Assembly: GCA_000697335.1 (NCBI GenBank)
Contig: JNEM01011206.1
Coordinates: forward strand, 1 to 64,000
DNA: 64,000 nucleotides
Origin: Conidiobolus incongruus B7586
Lineage: Eukaryota
Direction of reading: 5' to 3'
Shown here: one piece after another, positions 51,959-64,000 of the stretch
Numbering within the stretch: the stretch's first letter is position 1
How the letters are laid out: each line of letters starts with the position of its first letter
Position numbers and translations under genes: made by a program
Notes under the pieces: model-generated
What the model saw: the letters and a program-made list of their open reading frames with translations, nothing else
Databases searched by the model: none
What the model was told of the DNA's origin: nothing

Positions 51959-54758
51959 TTATGATTGTTTCGATTCAAGCAAAACGAGTAATTTGGTTGC
52001 ATAGTTGTCAACAAATTTTTGAACCTTTTCACGGAAAATCGCATCATTAGGAATGAGTCTGCCTTTACGGAAATCTCGTGATTTCTGTTCTTTGCTGAGC
52101 AAAATATGTACAATCTTTCGACAATGCTTTTTGAATATCTCTCTATCCATTCGACTTTGGTATAAACTAAATGACTTGCGAACTGCGTCACAAAGTTGTG
52201 CTCGAAGCTTGGTAATTAATTCCTTATTTGGTGTCGTTGAACTAGATGTCTGGCGTTTAGAAGGATTTTCAGAGTCAAGCGATTGGTTACAATCTGAACT
52301 TGGTAAAGCATTAGAGGTTTCTGAGATAGAGATGTTAACAGGAGATGTATGTCCTGAATCAACTCGAGTTTTTTCAGCAAATTGTTTAGCCATTTCCACT
52401 ACTGAATCAATTGCCGCTTGTGATTGACCTTCGATACGTGGAATAGAATCTTCTGGAGCATTCCATTGTGCCTTTTTCGTTATATTATTGTAGAAAAATA
52501 CCTGACGATCAGGGGACAAAAATGCGGAATAAGGTTTTGGTAATCCTTCCCAATGAATTTTTATACTATCGTATGAATATGTTGGTGTGGAATCTCGAGG
52601 GGGTGGAATGGGAACACGAACCATGATCGAAGAAGGTGCAGGAGAGTCATTAGAAATTTTAGAAACTTGAGAGGGAGATGATGATAATGAAACAGATTTA
52701 GATGGGGGATGGTAAGCGGATTTGGAAAGCTCAGATGATTTATAGCGTTGGTAGACAGGATTAGTAGTGTTAATTCGGACATTGGGATTATAAGGGGGTG
52801 GATATGGGTATCGAGTATTATGAATAATAGGATGAGATGAGGATTCTGAGGTTGGATAACGAGGATACTGAAGTTTTCTTCTGAAGTTACTGGGATTGTA
52901 TGAAGATATCGTTGAATTGAAATCAACCGATGAATAAATAGGATATTGAATATTATAACCATTTGAAGTATCCATTGTTGGTGTCGATTGAAGCTGAGAT
53001 GAATCTTCCGCCGGCTGAGAAATTGAAGAATTTTTCATTAAAGGAATCCTATAAATCGATTTAAGAGAACTCCATTTTTCAATAGTAGCAGAAGCCAATT
53101 CAACAATTTCAGGGTCATCATGGGTTAAGAATTTTTTAACAGTATCATCAATATTATATTGTTCAATTTTGTTTCTATACTGGAAAGGGAGCTTGATTAA
53201 AGCTTCTAAAGAGCATTTGACAACTTCTGGATCATTTTCATAAGTTTGAAGCCATTGATTAAGATCAATAAACACTTGGCATTTGATAGAAGCACCAATG
53301 AGTTTTTCCGAATTGGGGTGGTTGAGTTTCCCCAAATATAGTAAGGCCAACTCTGGATCATCAGTGCATTGGCGCATTAATTTAACATGCTCAGCTACTT
53401 CGTCTTCATCATAAAAAGGAACCGAGGGATCTTCAGGATCAAATACATGAACATTCTTAGATCCAGGTTTTTCTGTGGTACTAATAAATCCACGGCAATT
53501 TTCTTCTCCACAATAACATACCTGATCCTTCTCACTAAAAATCAAATAAATTTAATGATAAAATATAAATAAAATCATAATATATTACCCGAAACGAGTG
53601 GATCTATAATCAAACGTGAGCTCTTCTCCTGGTTCAATATCCTTCAGAGTAAATAAACCAATGCGATGTCTATTGCCAATCTGCCATTTTTGCAGTATAC
53701 AATTAGGATTGCAACTATGGTTAACAAATCTTGATAAACATCCTTTCTTAGTAGCATCGATTATCTAAAAAGTATGGTGAGAATTTGAATAAATTGAAAT
53801 AGAAATGTGGACATACTTCTCCGTTCTGAGATTGCATAAAATAAAAATGTTCATAGCCAGCTTCGGAATAGTAGACAGAGCGGTCTTGAAATTCCTCTGT
53901 GGTAATTACTTCACCAACGTATTCCATTATAAATTCGTCCCTAAATATAAAAAATTTTAATTAAAAATAGAATAATAATCTAATAAAGAAGTTACTTTTT
54001 GATATGCTCCGCTGCAGATAAGCCATAACCTTTTTTTAGTGTCTTGATTAGATTAACTTTAGCATACTGTCGATTTTGAAATCTAAAAGAAAAAAATTAA
54101 AAACTGTATATTGATAAGAAAAAAAGCATATACCTTCGATTTTGACAGTATTTTCCAGTTGGACAGTTTTTATCACATTCTATATAAAGACATCTATTGG
54201 AACAATCTGGCCGACCGCACGCATCTTCCAATGGACTAATTCCTACATAAAAATTTAATAAATAGTTTATAAAATATAAAAATAAAATACCTTTTTGATA
54301 TTTACAAGAGCATATGAAAAGGTCCTCTTTTTTGGATTTTGGAGGTGTCAGATAAATGTTCGTTTCTATGTATGTAAAAGTTTCAAATACTAAGTCTAAT
54401 AATGCTCTTTGATCGGGGTCACAGGTAAAATAATGAGAAGGGTATTGTTTAGGTGGTCTTCCGACATTAGATTTTGTCAATATTAGGTCATTATCCCTGT
54501 CCTCTTCTTAATATGTATTAATAAGTAATTAAGTTAAAATATGTAACTTGTCTTACCAGGAGAAAGACTAGTGTGTGGTAAAGACGGAGAATTAGAGTCA
54601 CTAGGACTATACGGTGTTTGAGAAAGATCTGGTGTTTGTGTAGTAAAACTAGAAGACATTAATACTTGACTACTAATAAAATTGAAAAATTAATAAATAT
54701 TTAAGAGATTTGAAAAAAAATCTTACTGAGAGAAATTAGAATTATGTGAGTCAATCAT
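51959..54758 (-). CDS. SET2: Histone H3K36 methyltransferase Set2 (AWS-SET-postSET, WW, SRI), multi-exon; start approximate
   Basis: AWS C..NRCLYIEC..CQNRRFQ; FIMEYVGEVI; RFVNHSCNPNC; GEELTFDY; CYCGEENCRGFI; WW-like LPKPY..FFYN..AQWNAP; SRI-like FKKHCRKIVHILLSKE. Confidence 0.93.
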
Positions 54759-56047
54759 AATAACAATGTTATCTCTTGTAAAGTAGTCCAAATGGAAGAG
54801 AAAAGAAATATTGTACAAGTATTTAAATTGTTAGTAATCTAAAATAAACCGTTAAATATTACTTTAAAAATGTTGAATGAAGTTTAAATGCTATTTGTAA
54901 TATTCCAAAATATTTATTATGGTTTAAACTCTCTCTTCAGACTGATTCTCCTAAATCTGATCTCCCCTCTTATTTTTATTGGCCCATTTATTTTATTTCA
55001 TAATTAGCATCCCATTGGTTTATTATGTTCATTGTGTAGTTTATAAGGAAGTCTGTTGTAACCAATCATTTACTGGACAATTCAAATCATGATAGTTGTT
55101 AGCCAATAAAAGGGGTTAATAAAGAAATTATCAAATCAAAATCTAGATTAATCTATATTATTGTTTCATTCACTCTTTCAAAAGTTATATGTTTGCAATT
55201 TATTTCAAATTTATATGAATAAATATCATTTCAGCGATTCGATATTGCTAAAAGTAGAGTTAATAAATACTTTGTAAAATTCCAACATAAAAACATTTTA
55301 TCAAACAAAAATGAATATATTGATACTCTTTTGTAAACTATAAAATCATTCATACAAGTTTTTAAATTAAAATTAAAATAAAAGTAACCGATTATCAACA
55401 ATATTATATATAATAAATTAGTCATAATTGTACTGTTTCTTAATTCACTATTTTGATAAACTATTATTTTATTTGGAGATTTTAAGTTGCCAAAAATAGA
55501 AATATTATTTTATAATTTAATGGCATTGATATAAAAAACAGTTGAGTATTGTATCCTTGATTCTGTATTTCAATAAATTAATTCTAAAGTATGAATCAAG
55601 GCAAAGTAATTATTCGTATAAATAATAAAGTGTGAGTTTGGATATTAAGACATTGCAAACTGAATGTAGTATATTTAATTCAAATTTATTTGAAAATGTA
55701 TATTATAATAAAATCGATCTTTACTATGAAAGTACTATAAATTATAGTAATTAAATGAATTCAGAGAGTTTAAGGAAGATTAAATATATTAAAATATATA
55801 ATCTTAATAGGATTAGAGTTTAAAATCACTTCAAAACTGAATATTTGATTTATAAGAAATTAGTATAAATTATAGAAAGAATTTTTGATGAAGAATATAT
55901 TTCCCATAATAATATAAAAGATTAGAATTTAAATAAAAAATAAGCAAATCTTAAAGGGGTAAAATACACATTAATTCAATTTAAAATAGCCAAGCATTTA
56001 TTAAATGTGCTAATAGCAAGCACTGTCATACTAACTATCCTAATAAA

Positions 56048-58027
56048 ATGAACAGTTTTAATTATAACTCAAAATCAGAATTCAATACGCAGTTAACACC
56101 AGATAATACAGATGAATTAGTGAATACTTCAACATGGTCTTATTCACAAGAACAAGTCTCAAGTTTGGACCCATTTTTGCAAAAAATCGCGAATGATGCA
56201 AAAGTTACCTCTAGTTCTATGAATACAATTTTACAAACTCTAACCCTTTTTAAAGAACATGCTATAACTATTGAAGAGGCCTCCTCAATTATCACCAAAT
56301 TCGCACCTTCGTCAATTTCCAAAACTAGCACCTTTAATTATTTAATGAGTTTGAAAGATACTGACACTAGATTGTTTACACAAATTCGTCTACATCTTAA
56401 CCAACCAGAATCCTATAAAAACTTTCTCAGTCTTATTAACCTCTATAATCAATCCAAGCTCACTATCTCGGAACTTGTAGACTCTTCATACCAATATTTA
56501 GGAAATAATCCCACTTTATGGAATCAGTTCCTTCACCACATCAACCTTCCAACCACGCAAATAAGCTTGAATCCATCCTATTCAGTTATCAATCAAAAAT
56601 ATTTTTGCTCAGCACCTTTTGAAGCACTCCAATCTGAGTTCAATGTCCGCGAGAAAAATCCCTCTGAAGAAATTCTTTTTGATATTGAAGATCATCGTTA
56701 TAAGTTGACCTTATTGACTCAGTTGGCACAGCGACTATTACAGGATCTGGAACAAACTCCGATTGTATTACGCTCCGTATATAATAACGTATTTTCTGAA
56801 ATCTTTGGGGATGGCTATGAGGATATAATTACAGGAATCAGCCACAATCCAAATATGTTTGTGAAACCTGTCCTCGACCGTGTTGCTCTACAGTTAAAAA
56901 AATGGAAAACAGATCGAAAGAGATGGGAAAAGATATGGAAATTTCAGGAGAAGCATCATGTTTTCAAAAGCAAAGATTATCGATCCATACAAAACAAACG
57001 TATTTATACCAAATCCTTGACTCAAGCCGCTCTAACTAATCAGTTTTATTCATTGTATATGGACAATAACCCCAAATTATTTCATCCTCTAATCACTCCC
57101 AATATTGTACCCAACTCACTTGGAAATCAAGTACTTCCAACACATCCACATTCTTCTTTCCATGAAGATATCGGCGCTTTAGTCTTTTATACCATACAGA
57201 AAGACCATAATTTGAAGGTTGTAACGAAAACGCGAATCTGTGCATTTTATCAATCTTTGATTCGCAAGATATTTAAAGCTAGCTCCTTCACATTAGTTGA
57301 TCATGATAGCTCTATTCCAGAGTATGAAATGGAAAATATATCAAACAATCAAGTACAAGACTCATCTATAGTCAGTACTATCCAATCGGATGATGTAGCT
57401 GATGTGCCAATACTTTTTGGTGACATTTTAATTCTCAACTTTTTCCAATTGTATGATTCTATATCTCACTTCTTGACGCTGATTCGAAATGATTTAAATC
57501 AGTTCACTTACGATGATCCATCTTTAGATTTGTCAGTCATTGGGGCGTATAATTACTGTTTCGATGCCTTGAAGCAAAGAAGGAGTAACAAAATCAATCA
57601 GATAGAGTTTGAAGATCTCATTCGTCCTATAGCCAAGATAAATACTCATTTACTCATTAAAGTCGATGAAGCAGTCGCCGCACTTGTTAGACAGCTTATC
57701 AAAGTGTATAACACTTCGCAATCAGTTCACTTGGTTGAGTTGTTTTTGTCTCAACCAATTCGATCTCAATGGAGTAATGTGAGTGAGTATTACTCTCAAG
57801 TTGATGAACAGGGTGAAGAAAGATTTATTATGATTCCTTCCGATGATTATGGCCACATTCAGTTTTCTTCATTTCGCACAGATTTTATAGCTGACTTAAA
57901 GACACACCTTCAACGCCGAAACAAAAGCATTAAGACCTCCAAAAGAAATGGTTTCACTTCTACTGTTAGTGAGGGATCCACTATTTGTATTGATACATTC
58001 CAAGTGTTTACTTCTAATCCTAATTAA
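56048..58027 (+). CDS. Divergent, shortened Sin3-like corepressor (one clear PAH, reduced HDAC-interacting region, Sin3 C-terminal region), intronless
   Basis: PAH3-like LFTQIR..YKNFLSLINLYNQ..YLGNNPTLWNQF; NPSY, KNPSEEILFDIEDHRY; PVLDRVALQLKKWK..W..KSKDYRS; IEFEDLIR. Confidence 0.78.
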   Translation: MNSFNYNSKSEFNTQLTPDNTDELVNTSTWSYSQEQVSSLDPFLQKIANDAKVTSSSMNTILQTLTLFKEHAITIEEASSIITKFAPSSISKTSTFNYLMSLKDTDTRLFTQIRLHLNQPESYKNFLSLINLYNQSKLTISELVDSSYQYLGNNPTLWNQFLHHINLPTTQISLNPSYSVINQKYFCSAPFEALQSEFNVREKNPSEEILFDIEDHRYKLTLLTQLAQRLLQDLEQTPIVLRSVYNNVFSEIFGDGYEDIITGISHNPNMFVKPVLDRVALQLKKWKTDRKRWEKIWKFQEKHHVFKSKDYRSIQNKRIYTKSLTQAALTNQFYSLYMDNNPKLFHPLITPNIVPNSLGNQVLPTHPHSSFHEDIGALVFYTIQKDHNLKVVTKTRICAFYQSLIRKIFKASSFTLVDHDSSIPEYEMENISNNQVQDSSIVSTIQSDDVADVPILFGDILILNFFQLYDSISHFLTLIRNDLNQFTYDDPSLDLSVIGAYNYCFDALKQRRSNKINQIEFEDLIRPIAKINTHLLIKVDEAVAALVRQLIKVYNTSQSVHLVELFLSQPIRSQWSNVSEYYSQVDEQGEERFIMIPSDDYGHIQFSSFRTDFIADLKTHLQRRNKSIKTSKRNGFTSTVSEGSTICIDTFQVFTSNPN

Positions 58028-59523
58028 TCCTCTAAAATGATTTGCATTATATTCTTTATAATAAATGATTATATTTTGTGTTTTAATGCAATGAATAATA
58101 TTATTCGTATTCAATACTTTAAACCTCATTTCATTCTAAATAAACCTGATAAAGTAATTTTGCACAATTTTATATATAATGAGAATCTGTGTAGCTAAGA
58201 GCAGCATGTGTAATTTAATAAATACCAAACCTATTTATTTCAAAATTGTTTTCATATTTCCATTGGTTTGAGTTTAATCTCTAACAAAATTCTCTGATAC
58301 TTAAGTTACAAATCCGTTCTTAGTCGATTTTTACCACAAATTTTTTAAAATACTAACCGGAAAATTTATTTATCATATAGAGTAAATGTACTTATTATTG
58401 TGTTGTTGAAAACATGTTCCAAAATGATATTTAACTTTAAACTATAGATATATTAAAATAGTAATTGTAGAATTATAAACAGAACATCAAATAGCTAATT
58501 AATTATAATTCTCTACATAATTATATTTATTTCAAGCAATATGTTGGTTTAATTTATATTAGTATTATATTATTATCCTTTAAAAATGTATAACTCTTAA
58601 CTTAACCTATAAATAAGATAATATGCTTTTTATTTAATAATTAATTTATCAACAACACCACAAATTCAACAATTAATTTTTCTTAAAAATAAACATAAAA
58701 ATTAGCATATCATTCAATGTTTTCATTTATAATTATTATAATAGAATATAAAAATATCATAAATGAACTATAATCATTTATTTAATTCCCTAAAAGTTTT
58801 ATCCTTTAGCACAAAACAATTCTTAGTTAATGTTAATATATAATAAATTATATATAAGAAATCCAGTTTTAAATTTGATCAATCTAAATTGAATATATTA
58901 ATTCACTTAAGTTATTTTTTGAGTTGAGAAACTGTATTGTAAAATAAAATCTGTAAAATAACTATACTATAGCTTTTAAAGATTAGATACTATCAAATGC
59001 AAATAATTATGAGAAAGTATTCTTAGATTAATGGAAATTAAAATTGTGTTGTGTTTTTATATTAAGTTTTATAAATATAGGTTGTAGTTAGAAAAGTACT
59101 TGAAATATGATTTAGTAAATTATTTATTAATCTTGCTCTTTAACATATTGGGACTGTAGGTTTAAACCTTACTGTTGAGGTGTTGTAGCAGAATATCCAA
59201 AAGAAAAAAAATATTCTTCTATCTTTATCAGTTTTGGGTTTAAATAGTTGCTCAAATGAATGATATGGGATTTGGATATAATCTAATAAAGAAAACAAAG
59301 TGAACAAAGAGTATCCTTCAATTATAGGCTGACAAATCTAGCTTAAAATAGAAATAATATTGGCTTAAATATCAAAATGAAATAGATGATTAAATTTAAA
59401 ATACAACAATTGTATAAATAATAATCAGAATTTTCAAGTTTAATAAATTTAATTAATGTTGTTTGATTCAAAAAGACGCATTAAAAAGTCATATGAATCA
59501 GTCTTTTGTTCTAACAATATTAC

Positions 59524-60663
59524 TTAAGAGTTGATTTGTAAACCAATACCGAACTTAGATTGTCCCTTCAAGTGATCTAAATCACCACTCAAAGTCAAGG
59601 TGAGAGAGGGAGCAAGACGCTCTTCCAAGACAGCACTGACACGACCTGTTGTATCGATTTGAGTTCTGAAAGTGGATTTAACAAAATCAAACTTAGCACC
59701 CAAGGTACAAGCGGCGTCTCTCTTTCCCTGAGCAACTAAAGCTTGCAATTCTACACCAAATTCAGCCATATCATTGACCTTGTGGAAGTAAGAAGCTTGA
59801 ACTAAGCCAGGTTGCTGGTAGTTGGCAGTGAAAACAGAATTAGGTGTAGCGTATTTAGCGGTGTATGAGATGCTGGATTCTTCAATTTCAGTGGTAGGGC
59901 GTTGGAAAACAGCTTCAGCACCCAAAGCAAGGTTGGGGGTAACTGATTGAAGGATACTGCAAAGACCAATACCAGTGTTATCAGTAATACCGGGATTAAG
60001 GACTTTAGCGTTCAAGGTACAATCAGAGGCAGCATACTCTCCCTCAAGTTGAAGCATAGAGTGGCCAGGTTGGTTAGAAATCTAGTGAAAACCAGGACAT
60101 AAATATTTAGCGGATGAATTGTATAAATAAATTACTTGAGCATGGAGTTTAGCTCTAAGATCTTGAGTTTCACTGGTGTGAATTCTGGCATTTAAGCTAC
60201 CCTCATTATCAATAGATCCTTGAAGGAAAATCTACAACAAAATTTAATTAAAATATTCTAATATGCAAAAAAGTTATTTCACCTTTTCATCAGCGTAAAG
60301 GGAAATAAAATTATAACTAGAAGGAACTTGAGCTGATCCAAGGGAAAAAGAGTGAACGACTTGGAAGTTGGGGCTTAAACCTTTAGTAATGTCAAAACGA
60401 GCACCATCAACCAAGTGATTGGTAACAAAGACATCTAAATACAATATTGTGAGAGGATGAATTATTGAACAAATATCAAACTTACTCTTGACTTCTCTAT
60501 GTAAGTGCTCATATTGACCTGGATTGGGTAAATTTAAAGATTTTTTATATTGAGAAATTGAAGAAAACAAGGGGTTGTTAACTACGTATTGAAGCCAGCT
60601 AGAGTTAGAGGGCTTATTTTCGGGAGTATTGTTGAGCACTTTAATGGTTGATGTGGCAGACAT
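59524..60663 (-). CDS. TOM40: Mitochondrial import channel Tom40, 4 exons
   Basis: LPNPGQYEHLHREVK, LSPNFQVVHSF, LQGSIDNEGSLNARI, QSVTPNLALG, FRTQIDTTGRV, KFGIGL. Confidence 0.96.
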
Positions 60664-63600
60664 TCTTTAGCTTAAAATTGTGTATTTAATTAATACTTAA
60701 ATAGATTTCGAAATAAAATAGATTAAATATAGAGTTGTTTTAATGCTTTAACAACAAGTAATCATTAAAATCGAATTGGACAAGTATGTGAACTTGTGGA
60801 GTGCAAGTTGTATTAATTATTTATATTATTGAAAAAATTAACTTTAATTGTGGGATAGTTTGTATTCATATTTCTTTTCACTTTTCCAATTTAATATTGA
60901 TATATTCAAGGTAATAAATTTTAATTCAACACGTTTTATGTAATGGTTATAAAATATGATTATTCAAAACCATTTGAAACTAAAATATAGCTTTTATTAA
61001 TTTTCAACTAATAAATAATTAAAGAATCATTCCAGGTGGTATTAATTATTTTTTCAACAATCAATTATATATTCAAATTTATAATAATATTTTGAAATTT
61101 ATACAAATCAAATTAAAGAGTTCATATGTATTTTATATATTATGTTTCTAATTTTCAAATTATATAAATTGACTATAAATAAAGCATTGTTTTAAGCTTC
61201 ATTGAAATTTAATTTGTTATTAAAATAATTGTATTATTTATAGTTTAAATATATATTAAGTAATTTCAAGTGTAATATTTATTAAAACTAAGTTTTTAAG
61301 ACGATTTGAATAATATATGAATAGTGTTGAACATTTATTATCATCATTAGTAAAGAGAGAATATGGAATAATATATTAAAAATTAAAAAAAATAATTATA
61401 CTTGGTTTTACTATTTATTTAAATTTGATAAAGATAACCAACTTAAAATCAATATATCTAATGATAAATATTTATTCTAAAATTATATGAGAATTGAGAA
61501 TAAATAGAAAGTCATTCCAAAGGATATTAAAAAATTACCTCATATTCTTTATTATCCAAAATAGAATATATTACGATAGTTTATATCTTGTTGGATATTA
61601 TTATTGATTAATGTATTCTTCATATTGTAAATTTATTTATATCAAAGGATTTTGATTTGGTTATGAATATTTCTTATATAACAAATACAGAGATTAATAA
61701 TGTTAATTTAAATGTCTAGCATTTTTCATCATGATAATAATATTATACTCCAATGTAATCATGTGTGCTTTGATATTATTACATAATTTATTCGAAATTT
61801 GAATAATAATAAATTTAAGACTCTCTTTGAATTAAAATATACATACTAATGAAAATACTTAAGAATAGTATAGGGCTCACAGATTTTATAATTATCACTA
61901 AAACTAATGTATTATTATTATTTATAGCAATTTTTAACATTAGTTAGTGAAAGATAGAATAATTAATTAATATTTGAAATCAAAGCACTCCTAAAATTAA
62001 TAGCTCACAGGGTGAATAATAATATATTATAATTATAGACCAAATTTTAAATTTTTGCAATTTAGGCCAAAATATTGGATTATTACTATTTAAAAAAAAT
62101 AAAAAATGACATTAATCAAATTATTTTTATATGATATTATTTTTATGTTATATTAACTAATATATCTAGATACAATAAAAGAATCAAAAATGACAATTTA
62201 AGGATGAGTTTAATACCATGACAAAATTATAAGGATTTGATGAATTTTTCTCTAAATAGAAATGAGATTCAATTATTTTAAATATGACATAAAATGAATG
62301 AGTATTATTATATATCATAAATCTACTAGAGTTAGTTAAGTGATTATTAAGGTAATCGTGAATTTTATAAATAAGGATTGAGGATTAATTCAATTGATAA
62401 TTTGTTGAATAAATTTGAAATTAGTATTTTTCATCATTATAGTTTATAATTAAACCCGTTCTAATTAAATTCAGAAATTTACCTAATAATTTATATTAAA
62501 TTTATAAAGGTCTTACTATTCAAGGTTTTTTAACATAATTCAGATATAGCATAAGAGATAAAATACTTTGAATGGTTTGATACATGTTAATGTGTAATAG
62601 ACACAATAAAATTGCTTTCGCAATATTAAAATAATCAAAATACTATTTACATATATGTAAAATGAATATATTTTCTATTGTAATTTATTCAATTACTTTT
62701 GGGATTGAGTTTTAAATTAATAGATAATATTTTAATGTTATTTTCGAATGTTTTTCATAATTTTAATAAATTATTATATTAAGTAATTTATATTGAATCG
62801 GGTACTGAGATTTATTTAATTTTATTAATTTATATTATTTGAGTAATAATAATATTAATAAAATCAAATATTTAAATTATAATTTTTTTAGTTAAGAACC
62901 AAATTATTGTGAAATAAAATATGGTAATATGTGTGAGTATTTAAACCCATTAACATAATAGATCACATTTATTACAAAATAAAATTTAAAATTTATTTAT
63001 TTTTCATAATTGTGGAAATTCTGAATACTATCATCAATTTATTATCTTGAAATTTATAAATAATAGTATAAATTAATTTTATAATAGTGAATCTTAAGTT
63101 TTATGTTATTAGTGAAATAAATAAGATATACACAAGTTGAATAAGTAATCATTCACATTATTTACATAAGTCAAGATATGGCAATCTTTATGTGTATATT
63201 ATCATGTATATTATTTATGTATTCATAATATCATTTTATTAATTATAAAATCAAATCAATTAGATGTTTTATTAAATTATTAAAGGGATTAGAAATAATA
63301 AATATTAAAGACAGTGCTTGAATTAATAATTATACTGTGAAGAGCAAATTCATATTTAAAATAATATTGAAAACGGATGAGTAAGCTGATTAATTTCAGC
63401 CAAAATATAATAATTTATATAAACAAATTTAGCCATCTGATATATTATTAATCATTTTGAAAAAGAATATATATATGTTTGAAAATTTAATATTAAATCA
63501 CATTGATGTTTTTTCAATTAATAAAGCAGTTACTAAACAATAGTACACCTCCAATTTAATATCAGTAATTAACAACGATTAAATTTAATAACTATAGATA

Positions 63601-64000
63601 TTATTTCGGATTATATATATGAATATGCACATACTAATACATTTTTTAATTATATATTTATATATGGTTAAATATACGATGATGAGTATTAATTTGTAAT
63701 AAAATGGTATGTAGCTGATTCAAAAAATTTGTTAGTAATTTAAAAGTAATTATCATTATATTATAAAAAATCAAAATTGATTAAATCATCTTACTTGTTC
63801 TTTGTTTGATATTCTAAAATTAAGGAAAAATATGATATTCAATTATTATAAAATATGATTTTGATTATATAGAGTAACTATCGTTAAAATCAAATTCCTT
63901 TCATTTCAAAATTTGAAAGGGAGTAAATAAAATTATAATTTTTGTGTTTAAGATATGGTATAATAATAATAATTTATGAACATCATTGAAATTTTTACTT

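Noticed and set aside
59156..59172. Palindrome AGGTTTAAACCT
   Set aside because: A 12-bp palindrome is expected by chance in 64 kb of AT-rich DNA.
60700..64000. Long ORF-free AT-rich tract as a centromere or element
   Set aside because: No repeat unit, terminal repeats or coding relic recognised; similar tracts occur throughout the window.

Overview
Very AT-rich eukaryotic DNA with short (about 50-95 nt) GT-AG introns. Gene content (dymeclin, secreted tyrosinase, Blm10, Tom40) suggests an early-diverging fungus, possibly Entomophthoromycotina; this is inference. Intact genes: two sugar-porter MFS transporters, BLM10, metacaspase MCA1, a kynurenine-formamidase-like hydrolase, a tyrosinase, an ERJ5-like DnaJ, PRP40, dymeclin, SET2, a short Sin3-like gene and TOM40. 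Several multi-exon genes were spliced by hand because the ORF track shows only fragments. Most notable: (1) a ~257-aa gene with apparent N- and C-terminal motifs of the nucleolar deubiquitinase USP36 but no catalytic domain; (2) a frame-essential 7-nt microexon in PRP40; (3) a TRM1 gene with introns intact but several nonsense codons; (4) a decayed MCA1 tandem copy with near-identical patches; (5) a small gene with a USPL1-N-terminus-like C4 zinc ribbon behind a CCAAT-dense promoter. Family assignments are from remembered motifs, not database searches.
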